Counted from the first letter of the whole stretch, positions 24,664-38,723 are shown. The stretch is DNA of 63,069 bases, filler included, from Globobulimina sp. (GCA_003354225.1; 41 parts of 41 records of this genome joined end to end with filler, not necessarily neighbours in it), one strand, 5' to 3'. Numbers and translations: made by a program. Notes: generated by a model from the sequence alone, not told the origin.

Positions 24664-26104
24664 AAACATAGAAACCAATCAGAAATTGATAAATTAGCAT
24701 CCTTTTATTTAGATAAAAATATCATTATTGATCATAAACCATCGCCAATTATTCACCACACAAAACATGAAAAACAATTATTAGATATCCTTAATAAATA
24801 TGGCGATGCCCAACAACTATCCATTCCGCATTTATCTCAATTATATGAGACTGAATATAGTCAAATATTACCCTTTCAAACGCTGATTGAATATTCCTTG
24901 AATCAATTGACAAATATGGTGCCGGTGCCAGTGGCTGCAAAAAAAGACATAAATATGACCTCAATTACAGACAAGAAATGGAGTGATACTCCTAAAACTG
25001 TATCAAATTTTTTATACGAACTGCATGAAATATTGGCCAATAAACAATATTGTGAATATGGTGTGATATATGATTCACATATAGCAAAAATATGGAAGTT
25101 ACAATATAATAAATATGAGATGGAGTCGATGGAAAGCTGTATAATGAATGATTGGCATCAAAGTATCAATGATAATGTTATAAATAATGAAAAATATAAA
25201 TTATTATTGCAATTACCAAGGAATAATACCACTGCATTTAGAATAATGTCTGTTTTATTATATAGCTGGAATACTATTAAAGTACGCTATGACTCACAAT
25301 ATCAAGAATGGCAATATAGTCTGAGATATAAATCACAGACAAATAATACACCAAATACTGACAAAATGACACAATTAATACATCAAACAAATATTATACG
25401 AATATTATGCAAGGATATGACCAAAATGCAGTGGACGTTGAATGATATTATGGATAAAATTGAGAGGTATTTATCAGCTGAATCGAGGTTGAAATTTCGT
25501 GAAATATCGAGTAGAGAATACCGTGCGTTTCGTGCCGGCAATAATATATTTGAAAGCATTTTGGATTTATTTAAATCTGATGAATTTACGTGGAAATTAG
25601 ATGATGAACATAATTATAAATGGAAACCTTGGTTTTGTACACTTCAATTTCATGCAAGTATTATGGCCAAGGTTCAAAGTATTATAGCCTATGCTGGACC
25701 GGATGGTATTTCATATGGTAAAATTGTAAAAGAATCTGGGTCTAAACATAAACATATTCCATCCATATACGACATTGTGAATGGATATTGTCATTTAATT
25801 GATGTTAAGAATGAGAAAAATATTATGTTTGCTGCAAAAAATGGATATAACATTGATACATTACATAAATTAATGCATAGCGATGATTTAAATCCCGTTC
25901 AAAGAATTTGTAAATTATTATCAAGCACAGAAAGTCAGCCAAGTAGTTTTAAAAAAATGGAACAAAAACATTTAAAACATGAAAATAATATTAATTCTAA
26001 TGTTAAATATAGTTTTAATGAGAATATGAGTGTACAAACTTTAGTTGATGTCTATGAAAATAATTATGGAATAATACCAGTTTTACGAATGGATACTTTA
26101 TTGA
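24664..26104 (+). CDS. Hypothetical protein (internal fragment, possible OST-HTH-like repeats)
   Basis: The frame is open across the whole contig. The domain guess is weak. Confidence 0.5.
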
Positions 26105-26204
26105 NNNNNNNNNNNNNNNNNNNNNNNNNNNNNNNNNNNNNNNNNNNNTTAATTAATTAANNNNNNNNNNNNNNNNNNNNNNNNNNNNNNNNNNNNNNNN
26201 NNNN

Positions 26205-27645
26205 TTTAAGCCATAAATCAATACACATTACAAAATACAAAAATGCAGCTGGACTGTAGGCAAAATAAACGAACCAATGATTACCGCCTTCCAATTGAGT
26301 AATACTTTCAGACCAAATAAATCCTGTAATAATTGGTCCGACGCCTCTTACAAATGCTGCTACGGTTTGACCGATACCATTGGCTTTACCAACATGACTG
26401 TTCGGCCTTAAATTGACATAAAACAAATACAAACACACAAAATGAGCATATATTCCATACACTGAGTTGTTAATATAACACGACGATACAACAAAACAAA
26501 TGCTAAATGTGCCAGTAAATACACCTTCGATCAGACACGCCATCACCAATAAAAACCATAATTGCGTCAAAATTGTACCAGTGGCAAAAGTGAACCAATA
26601 TACAGACGGCATCCATAAGCAAACTAACATGCTTCCAATAGCCGCAGCCATGCACAATTTTCTATGCTTAATTTAATTGTATGATCAGTGAAATGCAGTA
26701 TTTATCAAATTTTGAACATAATATCCGTGTATTTCACTGCTCACACAATCACCTTAAATGTTTTTAGAAACCATGGTTGTATCAATAAAGTAAATATAAA
26801 CAAAATAACCCCACCAAACGCCTGAGTATATCCAATAAACTGCGAATCAAACAACAAAGCTTGCGCCATATACACCGGACCCATCTCTTTGAACATCATA
26901 TGCGATATGGCAGCCATAGCATATTGAAACAAACCATGTGTCAACATGGTAGTTTTCAGCATATCCCTCGTATTCATCTGCATATACTCTCCGACATTGT
27001 TATGCTGCCTCAACAATTGTAACTGATCTGCGTCTAAGCTTTGTTTCATTGCCGTGAATTCCTCCGGTGTTGGCAGCGAATTATGATACGCCGGATCGTA
27101 CACACCGGCGGCTGTCTGAGTCATTTCCAAGTTTGACGATATCACAGAAGCTGCTTTATCCTCTGCTATATTTTCCTGTAATTCATTATAATTCACTCGT
27201 TCATCGCGCACAAATAAAATGGCACAAAGCAAGGCTTGTCCTGCTATCACAGTACCACATAAACAGGGCAATAAAAACGGAAACTTGTGTTCAAATATGC
27301 CATATTTTAAAATCGAGGTAGTTTTTATATATTCGTCATCAGCCAGTTCCACATCGTGTGTCTCGATCAGTATACCTCCCAACATTGAGCCCAGTATAAT
27401 TCCTCCACCAAAGGCAACACCGATAATACTGAATGCAAAGCCGCGATTGCTTGAATCTGTAATGTCGGCCAAATACGCTTTGACTACACCCAAGTTACCA
27501 TTGAAAAATCCGGTTAAACAACGTGCGATTATGGCCCATTGATAAGTTGTCGAAAAACCAAAAAAAGTCATTGCTGATATCGTACCAATTATGCCCAAGA
27601 TTAAAATTATGCGTCGGCCGTGGATGTCGCTCAAATGTCCCCAGG
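26205..27645 (-). CDS. MFS transporter, ZIF/TCR-like (partial, spliced)
   Basis: WGHLSDIHGRR motif A, ARCLTGFFNGNLGVVKAYLADITD, GKANGIGQ...RGVGP. Confidence 0.9.
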
Positions 27646-28023
27646 NNNNNNNNNNNNNNNNNNNNNNNNNNNNNNNNNNNNNNNNNNNNTTAATTAATTA
27701 ANNNNNNNNNNNNNNNNNNNNNNNNNNNNNNNNNNNNNNNNNNNNAATGCTATCCTTAATGAGTGTGGTCACGAAGAGAGTGATAATGATAATCAACCTG
27801 AAAATTAAACCATTGAAACGGTGAACGTGAAACTATAATAAACTGTATAAATAATCAATTTATTTTGATCCATCATGTTTGTAATATTCTGTGTTATAAT
27901 ATTCTGCCTTTTTGTGTTTGCAGATTTAATTCAATATCGCACGTGATCATGAACATAGAATACAATAATGCTATATATCTTCTACCCCAAAAACTTTAAA
28001 TAATTTACTCTCCGAAGTTCTAA

Positions 28024-29186
<1,163 letters not shown>

Positions 29187-29286
29187 NNNNNNNNNNNNNN
29201 NNNNNNNNNNNNNNNNNNNNNNNNNNNNNNTTAATTAATTAANNNNNNNNNNNNNNNNNNNNNNNNNNNNNNNNNNNNNNNNNNNN

Positions 29287-29405
29287 GCAGTCACATTCCA
29301 CAGCTAACATTATGGCAAAATGTAAAGCATCTCAACAAACCTTCCTCATAATCATAATCTGGAGCCATCTTTTTTTCATCGGTTGTGCTAGGTTGAAAAG
29401 CCATT
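29287..29405. repeat. Left arm of 119-bp perfect inverted repeat
   Basis: Exact reverse complement of 30609-30727. Confidence 0.95.
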
Positions 29406-29473
29406 ATTGGATTGAAGATTTATGGGAAAGAGTGCTTGTTGGTTTCTTGCTGAAAATTGTTTGAGTTTGAAGC

Positions 29474-30478
29474 ATGGGAGCGTCTGAGTCAAATCCCGAG
29501 ACCCAAGGATGGAGGGTATTAGAAGTAATACCAAACGGCCCCACGTGGAACAAAGGTGTTTGTGTCTATTTTGATTTCATTGTTGGTATCAACGGCACGC
29601 GTTTAAACTCCTCGTCTGAAGAATTCTGGGATACGATACGCACGAAACAAGACACAGAGATTGTTTTAACTGTATTCAACTATAAAACAAGAATAAAACG
29701 AGATATCCAAATGGTTCCAAACAACAAATGGGGCGGTGATGGATTGTTGGGTTTGGTGATTGTTCGCGATGATTTCACCAAATGTGACCAACAATGCATT
29801 CGCGTATTGTCAGTCGAGCAGAATTCGCCGGCATCGGCAGCAGGCTTCCAACCGCAGAACGACTATATTTTGGGGACACCGATTAATGCATTTACAACAT
29901 TCTCCATATTTCGTGAGACGATCAGCGATTATATTGATCAGTCCCTACCAATGTATGTGTATAACAGTAAAAATGCAACAGTTCGTTTAGTTGAAATTGT
30001 GCCGTCTTCCAAATGGAGCGGTGACGGTGTGTTGGGCTGCCAGGTCGGCGACGGCTATTTGCATCATATTCCTTCATTGAATGAGGAGCAACAAACTATT
30101 GTTTATCAGCCGAATTCGTGTTATATTGTATCATCGAGAAATTCAAACAATGAACAAAATAAAAATTATCATTCCTCCACACCGACAAAACAGATGAAAC
30201 AAATTGGACAAACAGACGAGAAAAGCGAACCGATGGAACGCAAAGAAAGTGGAAATAATGAGGAGGAGGATGTGGATAATGAGGAGCTACCACATATTCG
30301 ATGGACGGATAGTTCGCATGGACAGCATCATGTGCATGGCGATGGAGATGGTCATACGGAGAGTAAGCAGGAGTATACTGAACAGGATGTACAGAGCACG
30401 CAATCGATTCCCACACAAAAAGACAATTTGTTGGATCAATTGCAACATGAAACAGAACAAGTGTTGACATCACAATAA
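29474..30478 (+). CDS. GORASP: GRASP55/65 Golgi reassembly stacking protein
   Basis: MGASES myristoylation start and tandem PDZ-like halves (GWRVLEV, FDFIVGING, WGGDGLLG, SPASAAG, WSGDGVLGCQVGDGYLHHIP). Confidence 0.93.
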   Translation: MGASESNPETQGWRVLEVIPNGPTWNKGVCVYFDFIVGINGTRLNSSSEEFWDTIRTKQDTEIVLTVFNYKTRIKRDIQMVPNNKWGGDGLLGLVIVRDDFTKCDQQCIRVLSVEQNSPASAAGFQPQNDYILGTPINAFTTFSIFRETISDYIDQSLPMYVYNSKNATVRLVEIVPSSKWSGDGVLGCQVGDGYLHHIPSLNEEQQTIVYQPNSCYIVSSRNSNNEQNKNYHSSTPTKQMKQIGQTDEKSEPMERKESGNNEEEDVDNEELPHIRWTDSSHGQHHVHGDGDGHTESKQEYTEQDVQSTQSIPTQKDNLLDQLQHETEQVLTSQ

Positions 30479-30608
30479 ATTGAGGACTCTTGGTCTTTAC
30501 TCTTTAGTGCAAGGAGATTGAGTATACATTTTGTTCACTGTTTTTTTGGAGAAATTCTGTTAATTTAAAAACACAGACAGACATTTCTAGGAACTTTCCC
30601 CTCAATCC

Positions 30609-30727
30609 AATGGCTTTTCAACCTAGCACAACCGATGAAAAAAAGATGGCTCCAGATTATGATTATGAGGAAGGTTTGTTGAGATGCTTTACATTTTGCC
30701 ATAATGTTAGCTGTGGAATGTGACTGC
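30609..30727. repeat. Right arm of 119-bp perfect inverted repeat
   Basis: Exact reverse complement of 29287-29405; runs to the contig end. Confidence 0.95.
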
Positions 30728-30827
30728 NNNNNNNNNNNNNNNNNNNNNNNNNNNNNNNNNNNNNNNNNNNNTTAATTAATTAANNNNNNNNNNNNNNNNN
30801 NNNNNNNNNNNNNNNNNNNNNNNNNNN

Positions 30828-32208
30828 CCAACCATCGAACCTACGATAAATGCAACGGTGGCCAGAGCAAACCCAACATCACCGACAATTAACCCAACAA
30901 CGCCTTCGTCAGAACCCACAATGTCACCCAGTAACAATCCATCGTATAATCCCAGTAATATACCGAGTGAATTCCCAACGGTGAACCCAACAAAAAACCC
31001 TTCATTGACTCCTACCAAAATACCAACCCGTTCGCCTAGTTTCTATCCAACAGCAACGCCAACGGCAAATCCAGCAACGACACCAACACTAAAACCGACG
31101 ATATTGCCCAGTAACAATCCATCATATAATCCAAGTTTAGTGTCAGTATAAACAATATGCAGTGCATTTATATATATTTAATTTGCAAAATTTAACCACA
31201 GCACCAAATCCAACTGCTACTCCGACACAATATCCATCCATAAATCCATCAGCGAGCCCAGTCACTACATTGTCTCCAACATTATATCCAACGATAAAGC
31301 CAACAAATTATCCATCCACAATACCAACAACCTCACCATCATATAAACCCACTTTAAATCCAACAGCAAAACCAACAAAAATGGCAAAAATAAAACCCAC
31401 CACACCTCCATCCACAAATCCATTCATATCAACCACACCAAATCCCATTGTTATGATTCCAAGCATAGATCCCAGTGTTTCAGATGTGATAATTACGTCA
31501 TCCGTACATTTACAGCCAACCGACAATAAAAACGCGGATAATTTTCTAACGACAATAAAAACTGTCGTTACAATGCCTGTAATTATTGTAATATTAATCG
31601 GTTCATTTGCATTATGCTCCATTTGTATAGGTTTGTATGTTAACAATTATCTAAAACCGTTTTTTTTTACGCAAAATACAATAGCGACAGTAAGGAAACT
31701 ACGCAAGTCACGATCTCGTAAAAAAGAAAAAATTAAAGAAATGAAAGGTGAATCATTATATAATACAATCAAACATATTCATGAGTCATATCACGTACAT
31801 TTGAGTCAAAAACAATTATCGGATACGGACTCGTTGGCGGATAAACATATAAAACACGAATATCATGTAAGTCACACTAATAAATCTGGTACACAGAAAA
31901 GTATATTTTTTAATGAGAATCAGTTAGGAAATGCAACGGATGTGTCACCAAATCGGAGTTCACGTTCTGTGCAAAGTACGGGTACAACAATGACGAATGA
32001 AGGATATAATAAAATTCTTCACGACACGCAGGTGATAAATATGAGTGAAAGTAGTGTGAATTCAGTGAGTGAGAGTAGTGACGGTGTGCCTCGCGAGGAA
32101 AATGAAAATATGAATAAATTTATCCAATTGGTTGCTGATCAGAGGAATAGTAAATATTTAAATGACGATGGTATTGATGAATTCATCGAAATGTATGGCT
32201 CTGAGTAA
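30828..32208 (+). CDS. Pro/Thr-repeat single-pass membrane protein (C-terminal part, spliced)
   Basis: PT/PS repeats, one TM helix, then a basic and Ser-rich tail. Confidence 0.7.
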
Positions 32209-32605
32209 TCATTTTGTAAATTATGTGTTTGTTTTTTTTCATTTTTTGTGCTTTTGTTTTTTTTCTTTNNNNNNNNNNNNNNNNNNNNNNNNNNNNNNNN
32301 NNNNNNNNNNNNTTAATTAATTAANNNNNNNNNNNNNNNNNNNNNNNNNNNNNNNNNNNNNNNNNNNNTGATTTAGCAATTATCACTATTAATGTTGTGG
32401 TATATGTAGTGCCAGCTTATAATGGGTTTGAGTCAACATATAACGATAGTTCATATTTATGTTTTGAAAAAGTAATATCTACATTCAGAGAGTTATTGAC
32501 CCAATTCTAGCTTCACAAAAAGATTTCTTTATACTAAAGCTGTTTTTTTTTTACTTAACCAGTTTTTGCATCACATTTTCAACAATACCCCTTCCGTCCT
32601 TCGAC

Positions 32606-33809
32606 ATGGATTTCCTGTCTGGCGTTGAAAATGAAAATACCAACACATTTTATTTTCAAAATGTACTATTTTCAAACGAAATCAACCACCGCGTATTGCA
32701 AAAGTTCAGTCCTGTCTCACCACAACGATGCACATAAAAACCACCCAATCAAAGTGAAAATGGTCCCTGTCCTTTATTAGCATTGATAAATTGCATGTTG
32801 CTGCGGGGCCACATCGCCATGGCCACCGGCGCCTTACCTGGAAAATTCCCCATCTCTTTCAAAGCCCTAACCGATTATCTACGCAATGAATTGGAGAGAA
32901 TCTCTCAGAAATTAATGGAAGAAAACTCAGAGTCGTCCAACGCCAAAATCATTCAAATCGCGCAATGCTTCGAGTTATTCCCCACCTTAGAAAAGGGCTT
33001 AGATATCAACATCAAGTTCAACGACGTGCAGTCCTTCGATATGCAAGAATTGGCGCACCAATTCTTCAACATTTACAACTTAAACATCTATCATTGTTGG
33101 GTCATTGACCCGGACGGCGCATACAGCAAAATCCACCATCGCATCGCAGACAAAACCTACGACCAAGTCCAATTAATGCTGATTGCCGACGACGACGACA
33201 CTTTCCTCATCAACCAATTCCTGCAAAACACCAAACAGCAGCGCACCAAGTACGGCGTGCACCGCTTGTATTGCAGCATGCGCCTGAATGAGATCGCCAC
33301 CTTATTCCACAACAACCATTACAGCACAATCTACAAACACGCCGACGACAACATCATCTACGAACTGGTCACCGACGAAGGCATCGTGCACGCACAGGCT
33401 CAGATTATGTGGAAGACCTTCAATCCCAGCCACTACATCCACGGAATTGACGAGATCTTCGTAGACTGCAACTTCAACGCCCTCAACGCCTCCGACAACA
33501 CACAGCTGTGCAAACTGCGCAGAATCGTCCACCATTTAAGCAAATACAAGTACGACACGCACACATTTGCGTCCACTCTGACCACCACACCGCCGCCGCC
33601 GCGTACTGGCGCCGGCAACGCATTGCTGAAGAAGATCGCCAATGCCCTCGAATTCATCACCAAATTCCCCTTAAATCCGCTGGAATGTACTCCCATTTTC
33701 GTGCCGCAAAAGACCTCGCATGCGAAGGACGATTTGCATACCGGCGCCATTGAGGATGTCCAGCCGCCGCAGGCGATGACGCGCGCCTTGTCCGACACCA
33801 TCGGCAACA
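32606..33809 (+). CDS. MINDY-1/2-like deubiquitinase (partial)
   Basis: Intron 32704-32754 restores LQNENGPCPLLAL (catalytic Cys); GLDINIKF, YHCWVIDP, FHNNHYSTIYK, LVTDEG. Confidence 0.9.
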
Positions 33810-34198
33810 NNNNNNNNNNNNNNNNNNNNNNNNNNNNNNNNNNNNNNNNNNNNTTAATTAATTAANNNNNNNNNNNNNNNNNNNNNNNNNNNNNNNNNNN
33901 NNNNNNNNNTACTTTGGAATTGTGACAGTTTAATGTAGCAGTCTCAAAATCGATGCTTGTAACAGTCATTGTCAAAATCTGTTAATTGTTCTAAAACTTT
34001 ATAATAAGACTCAGTTTTGATTTTGATTTATAATCTTTGTACTACTTATTTGATTCAATAAACTTTCGAGATGGATATAATACTCCACTGAAATTTTGAT
34101 AATCAAAAAACTCTTTGCTGAGTTTAGTTAGTTTTTCCCAAGTTTGCATAACCAGCGTGACCAATTCCAATCGCTCACAATACTTCCCCACCACTACT

Positions 34199-35262
34199 AT
34201 GTCAGGATCCGACGAGGAGGAAATCTACGTCGAAAAGATAGATGACAGAGAATGGGGTATCGTGTGGAACAAATATTCGCGCGCCAATGGCAGAATAGAA
34301 AACATTCCCAGCGCCTCTCATTTACGCAAATTCCTGGGCAAATTACACATAAACCTGACCGAAAAATCATGCGAAACCTTGATGATAATTTGTAAAAAAA
34401 AAGGGCAAATCCCCTTTGTGCATTTAACCACTTTAAAATCTGTCATCAAAGAGGCCTTAGACTCCTACAACGGGCTCCCCGTCGACCAAGCCATTGGTGG
34501 TCTAATTGTCGAATTCAACGCCTCTTCGGCCGGGCGACAGCATCGCAACTACCAATCCATGCAATCTATGCAAGCCATTGTGGCTGCTTCGACCAAATCA
34601 TTATCACATTACGCATTGTCCAAAGTGAAGGAGTCACCGCAAGATAAACAAAAAAGGAAAGCCGCTGAAAAGCGCAAACGAGAAGAAAAACGACGCAAAT
34701 TACACGACAAACAGCATGGAAAAGTGTGTAATATATATCTCTTATCCTTGCACACAAATTGTATACACAATATATAATATAATAGGACACAAAAAAGGTG
34801 TCCCGCAGTAAAAAAACACCGCAATTAACGCATGAAAATCTACGTAAAAAAAACGCAGAGAAAGCGTACACTGCCAAAGCCAAAGAAACAGCCACTTTGA
34901 CTACGAACAGATATGCTACGTATTTGCCGCCGGTGAGCGACGACGATGACGGCAGCGGGGACAGCAACAATTATTCGCCGTCCTCTGTTGTGATCAACCA
35001 TACCCCGGGCAACTCGCAGGAGAATAACCCAGACTTCCCCACTACGAACAAATTAGCCAACTTCCCAGCGCAGGACGAGAAATACGAGAAAATGGACAAA
35101 TTATCTCCCACACAGGCACTCGGCACTAATTTTGGAAGAACTCGCAGTCCATCGAGCGATGTGGCATTGCAGCGTAAAAGTGCCAAAAACAAAAAGGAGA
35201 TCGCCGCAGATGAGAAAAGCAGCTATGACGCGCCGGATATATCAGTCACAATCGGTTTGTAG
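34199..35262 (+). CDS. Hypothetical protein (spliced)
   Basis: Two ORFs are separated by an AT-rich intron-like stretch at about 34725-34785. No family recognised. Confidence 0.45.
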
Positions 35263-35593
35263 TTCTGTTTTAATTGCATTTGGACTCCAGTACATAGCGC
35301 AAAACGTTTCTAACCTTCCTGGAAATCCTTTGCTTGCTTCATATCCTATGNNNNNNNNNNNNNNNNNNNNNNNNNNNNNNNNNNNNNNNNNNNNTTAATT
35401 AATTAANNNNNNNNNNNNNNNNNNNNNNNNNNNNNNNNNNNNNNNNNNNNTTAGCCCGTTAAATGAGCCTTTTGTTTATGCATATATAAATTGTACAGAC
35501 AGCACACATAAAAGAAAAGAAAAAACAATTAACCTTATTTAAAATCTCTTTATTAAATTTTATTTAAAATCTTGGATATTTCCAGTTTCAACT

Positions 35594-36891
35594 TTATTTT
35601 AAAATAATATTGGCCGATTCCTCAGCATCATCAGCACTTCCTCCACAAACTTGGTTATATTGATAGCCATAGGCATCTTTACACGCATATTTCCATTTTG
35701 TTTTTGAAAATTCAATCATTCCAAAATTATCCCTAAAAATTACATCTCCAGCACTTCGTTGAGAAAATTCATATTCTTTATGCGGTAAAGCCGGTGCATT
35801 CCTTGAATGAGAAAAGGACGAAGAGATAAATTCATACAATCTGTCATGCCGAATATTATGAGCATAGTGCACATCGCCGGAAACAAAAATAGTTTTATTC
35901 ATAATATTTGCGCGAATTAACATGTTAACAATGCGTTTTTTCTCCTCCATTCGCAACCATTCATAACCAGTTTCCAATAAAAAATCTGCATCATTTCCAT
36001 GTTCAATCAAGAAAGGAATACCGGTCCCAAAAATATGCCAATCGATACTGTATCATCCAAATTCATTTGTTGTTATTTTTGTTATTTTCAGAACCTTTGC
36101 ACTCTGAATTAATTCAAGTTATGTTATATTAATATAACATAAAACAAGTTAAACAACGTACTGTATACAGATAAAACGTATATACCATAGTGATGGTCAT
36201 CCCACATTGCAAGGAATTTTGGAGTTGGATTTTTCATCGATAATAGTTTTCCAAACGATTTATTTGCAAACAAGCGCGCATATTCTGATTGGTGAGTACT
36301 TTGCGCGGGATCCCATCCCATACATTCTAACTCTCTCTGTCGTGTTGCGCTACACGTCATATCTAAATAGATATTGTCACCAACGAATAATATCATATCA
36401 GCCTTGTGTTTAGACATAAATTCTAATGTTGGGATAAATGGCTTTCTTTGTTCTAAACATGAACCAAATAAAATTGTCACTTTATTCTCACTCTCATCGT
36501 AATCCTGTAATCCTACCACAGATTCATTTTTTGTAATGTTTGATTGTACGACAGATGCATATCTTAAAAATCTTCTCATTAAGATTTGATTGGATAAATA
36601 TGTGGCAAACAAATGTATCAATACATTGCATACAATGAAGGCACAAAAATACACATAAACAAAGGTGACATGGTCAGACTCAGAAATAAATATTATTATA
36701 AAAGTGACCATCACACAGATATTGAATATCACATTGGCTGCCATACCATGAAAATAATGGAATTGATATAATGAGACCATTCCATCAAACCATATCAAAA
36801 TAAATCCAAACACCACAGCAACGATAGAAACATTATTATTATTAACGGTGTTATTAAAACATACAAACGATAACATTATTAATATTGAGGA
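35594..36891 (-). pseudogene. Membrane-anchored PhoD-like phosphatase, apparently internally deleted
   Basis: FGSC, GDNIYLD, WDDHHYG and SGDVH are present. The middle of the domain is missing and the frame is broken near 36045-36120. Confidence 0.6.
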
Positions 36892-37113
36892 NNNNNNNNN
36901 NNNNNNNNNNNNNNNNNNNNNNNNNNNNNNNNNNNTTAATTAATTAANNNNNNNNNNNNNNNNNNNNNNNNNNNNNNNNNNNNNNNNNNNNGGCAGCACA
37001 CGCAAATAGATTCCAATTAAATAGACGCAAAACATAAACAAAAACCAGACAAAGATGACATAAAAAGACCACACATTTATCAAATAGTTGCGGGGATAAA
37101 TGGAATATGTATA

Positions 37114-38046
37114 TTGCTACAAATAAGATTTCAATTTTTCAACTCTGGACAGAACATAAACGATTCAATTTATTTGAAAACATACTCAAATTTGAGTGAA
37201 TATGGTGTAAAGTCAAACGATTCAGCATATAAATCATATAAAATACCAATTATTAATGGGAGTGGGTTTTGTTTGGATGGAAGCAATCCAATATTTTATT
37301 ATCGCCCATCTGTTACAAATGAAAATTCAACGAAATATTATATACATTTTGCTGTGGAAGAAGGGTCCATATGTTTGAATATGTATCATTGTTATAAACA
37401 AAGTAAAAAAGTGAAACTGACCCAACAAAATGAATATGGATATATTTCAAATCCAAATGCAACAAGAATGGGTTTTGATGCTTGGAATTCGATATACATT
37501 CAATCCTGTGATGGTTTCTTATTTCTTGGCGATACTTATCATGCAATAACTCATTCGTTCAACAGAACATTAAAAAGAAAAAGGAGCATTGCAAGAAGAG
37601 GCATATACAATGAAAATATTAATATAACAATGTACTTTCAAGGGAATATAATATTATTTAATTTGTTTGAATATCTGTTCAATGATCAAAATATATTTAA
37701 CATGCAAAATGCAACAAATATTATGATTTCCGGGTTTGGCGTTTCATCTGTTTCTGTATTATCATATATTGACAAAATTTACGCATTTATGCGTGAGTTG
37801 AACAGTGTCGATATAAAGATAGCTTTATGGAATCCGAAAAACGTGTATTTGAGCGGGAAAAATGTAAATATTTCATGGATTGCGCACAAAATGAATTTAA
37901 GCGGTAGTTTAGATAAGCAATGTATTGACAGTTGTTATTCAATGAAACCAGATGAGAATGAATGTGTTGTTGATGAAAATATTGCGTATTGTCTCAGATT
38001 CGACAATTTGTATCAATTTGTGGACTCCAAATTCATCAGACATTGA
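37114..38046 (+). CDS. Pectin acetylesterase/Notum-like protein, divergent
   Basis: CLDGS.P.FYYRP, WNSIYIQSCDG..FLGD, MYFQG. The nucleophile elbow is altered. Confidence 0.7.
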   Translation: MLQIRFQFFNSGQNINDSIYLKTYSNLSEYGVKSNDSAYKSYKIPIINGSGFCLDGSNPIFYYRPSVTNENSTKYYIHFAVEEGSICLNMYHCYKQSKKVKLTQQNEYGYISNPNATRMGFDAWNSIYIQSCDGFLFLGDTYHAITHSFNRTLKRKRSIARRGIYNENINITMYFQGNIILFNLFEYLFNDQNIFNMQNATNIMISGFGVSSVSVLSYIDKIYAFMRELNSVDIKIALWNPKNVYLSGKNVNISWIAHKMNLSGSLDKQCIDSCYSMKPDENECVVDENIAYCLRFDNLYQFVDSKFIRH

Positions 38047-38345
38047 TGGTCCCATAGACATAGACATCGTTCGCAGTGAATATATAGAAGACACACTGAC
38101 AAAGATAATTTATCTTATAGTTTCAATAAAATCTTTGTTTCCTTCATCTAACTACAGGTCAATAGTTGTGACTGCAGTGGTTGATAAGGCGTTGAAATCC
38201 GATCATAAAAATTAAAATGAATAAAAATTAAAATGGTTAATCAGTTATTGTCCACACTCTAAATATATATAACAAATGGACAACAAGTACAAGTTTGGAA
38301 ACACTTTTGCATTTCAAAAAAAAAAAAAAGAGGAAAAAAAAAAAG

Positions 38346-38383
<38 letters not shown>

Positions 38384-38613
38384 AATAAAATTAAAATAAA
38401 AATTTAAACTAAACAAAAAAGAAGACGCTCAANNNNNNNNNNNNNNNNNNNNNNNNNNNNNNNNNNNNNNNNNNNNTTAATTAATTAANNNNNNNNNNNN
38501 NNNNNNNNNNNNNNNNNNNNNNNNNNNNNNNNATTAAACAGACTTGCATAAAAAAACTCATATATAAACTAATATTTTATCACAGAGAAACATTTATGGG
38601 ATGAGATAACATG

Positions 38614-38676
38614 GTGATGATTGGGATTTGAACCCAAATATTCTTCAATAACACGCTCTCATTGAGCTATCATCAC
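38614..38676 (-). ncRNA. tRNA-like element (63 nt) with degenerate anticodon/variable arm
   Basis: GTGATGA-TA-GCTC AATGA GAGC-GTGTTATTGAAGAATAT-TTGGG TTCAAAT CCCAA-TCATCAC. Confidence 0.6.
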
Positions 38677-38723
38677 AAGAAGAGATTTGTAGGTGGCAGC
38701 TGTCCACGGCGCTACGTACGCCG

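Noticed and set aside
29287-30727. Gene-sized nanochromosome or transposon carrying GRASP
   Set aside because: There are no telomeric repeats, the outer ends and any TSD are not visible, and the arms read as the start of a coding sequence.
38316-38420. Poly(A) tract as a retroposon tail
   Set aside because: No TSD or element body is identifiable; low-complexity sequence at a contig end.
38614-38676. Functional tRNA-Phe(GAA) or tRNA-Ser(TGA)
   Set aside because: No register gives both a proper anticodon stem-loop and a variable region, and the D-loop GG is absent.
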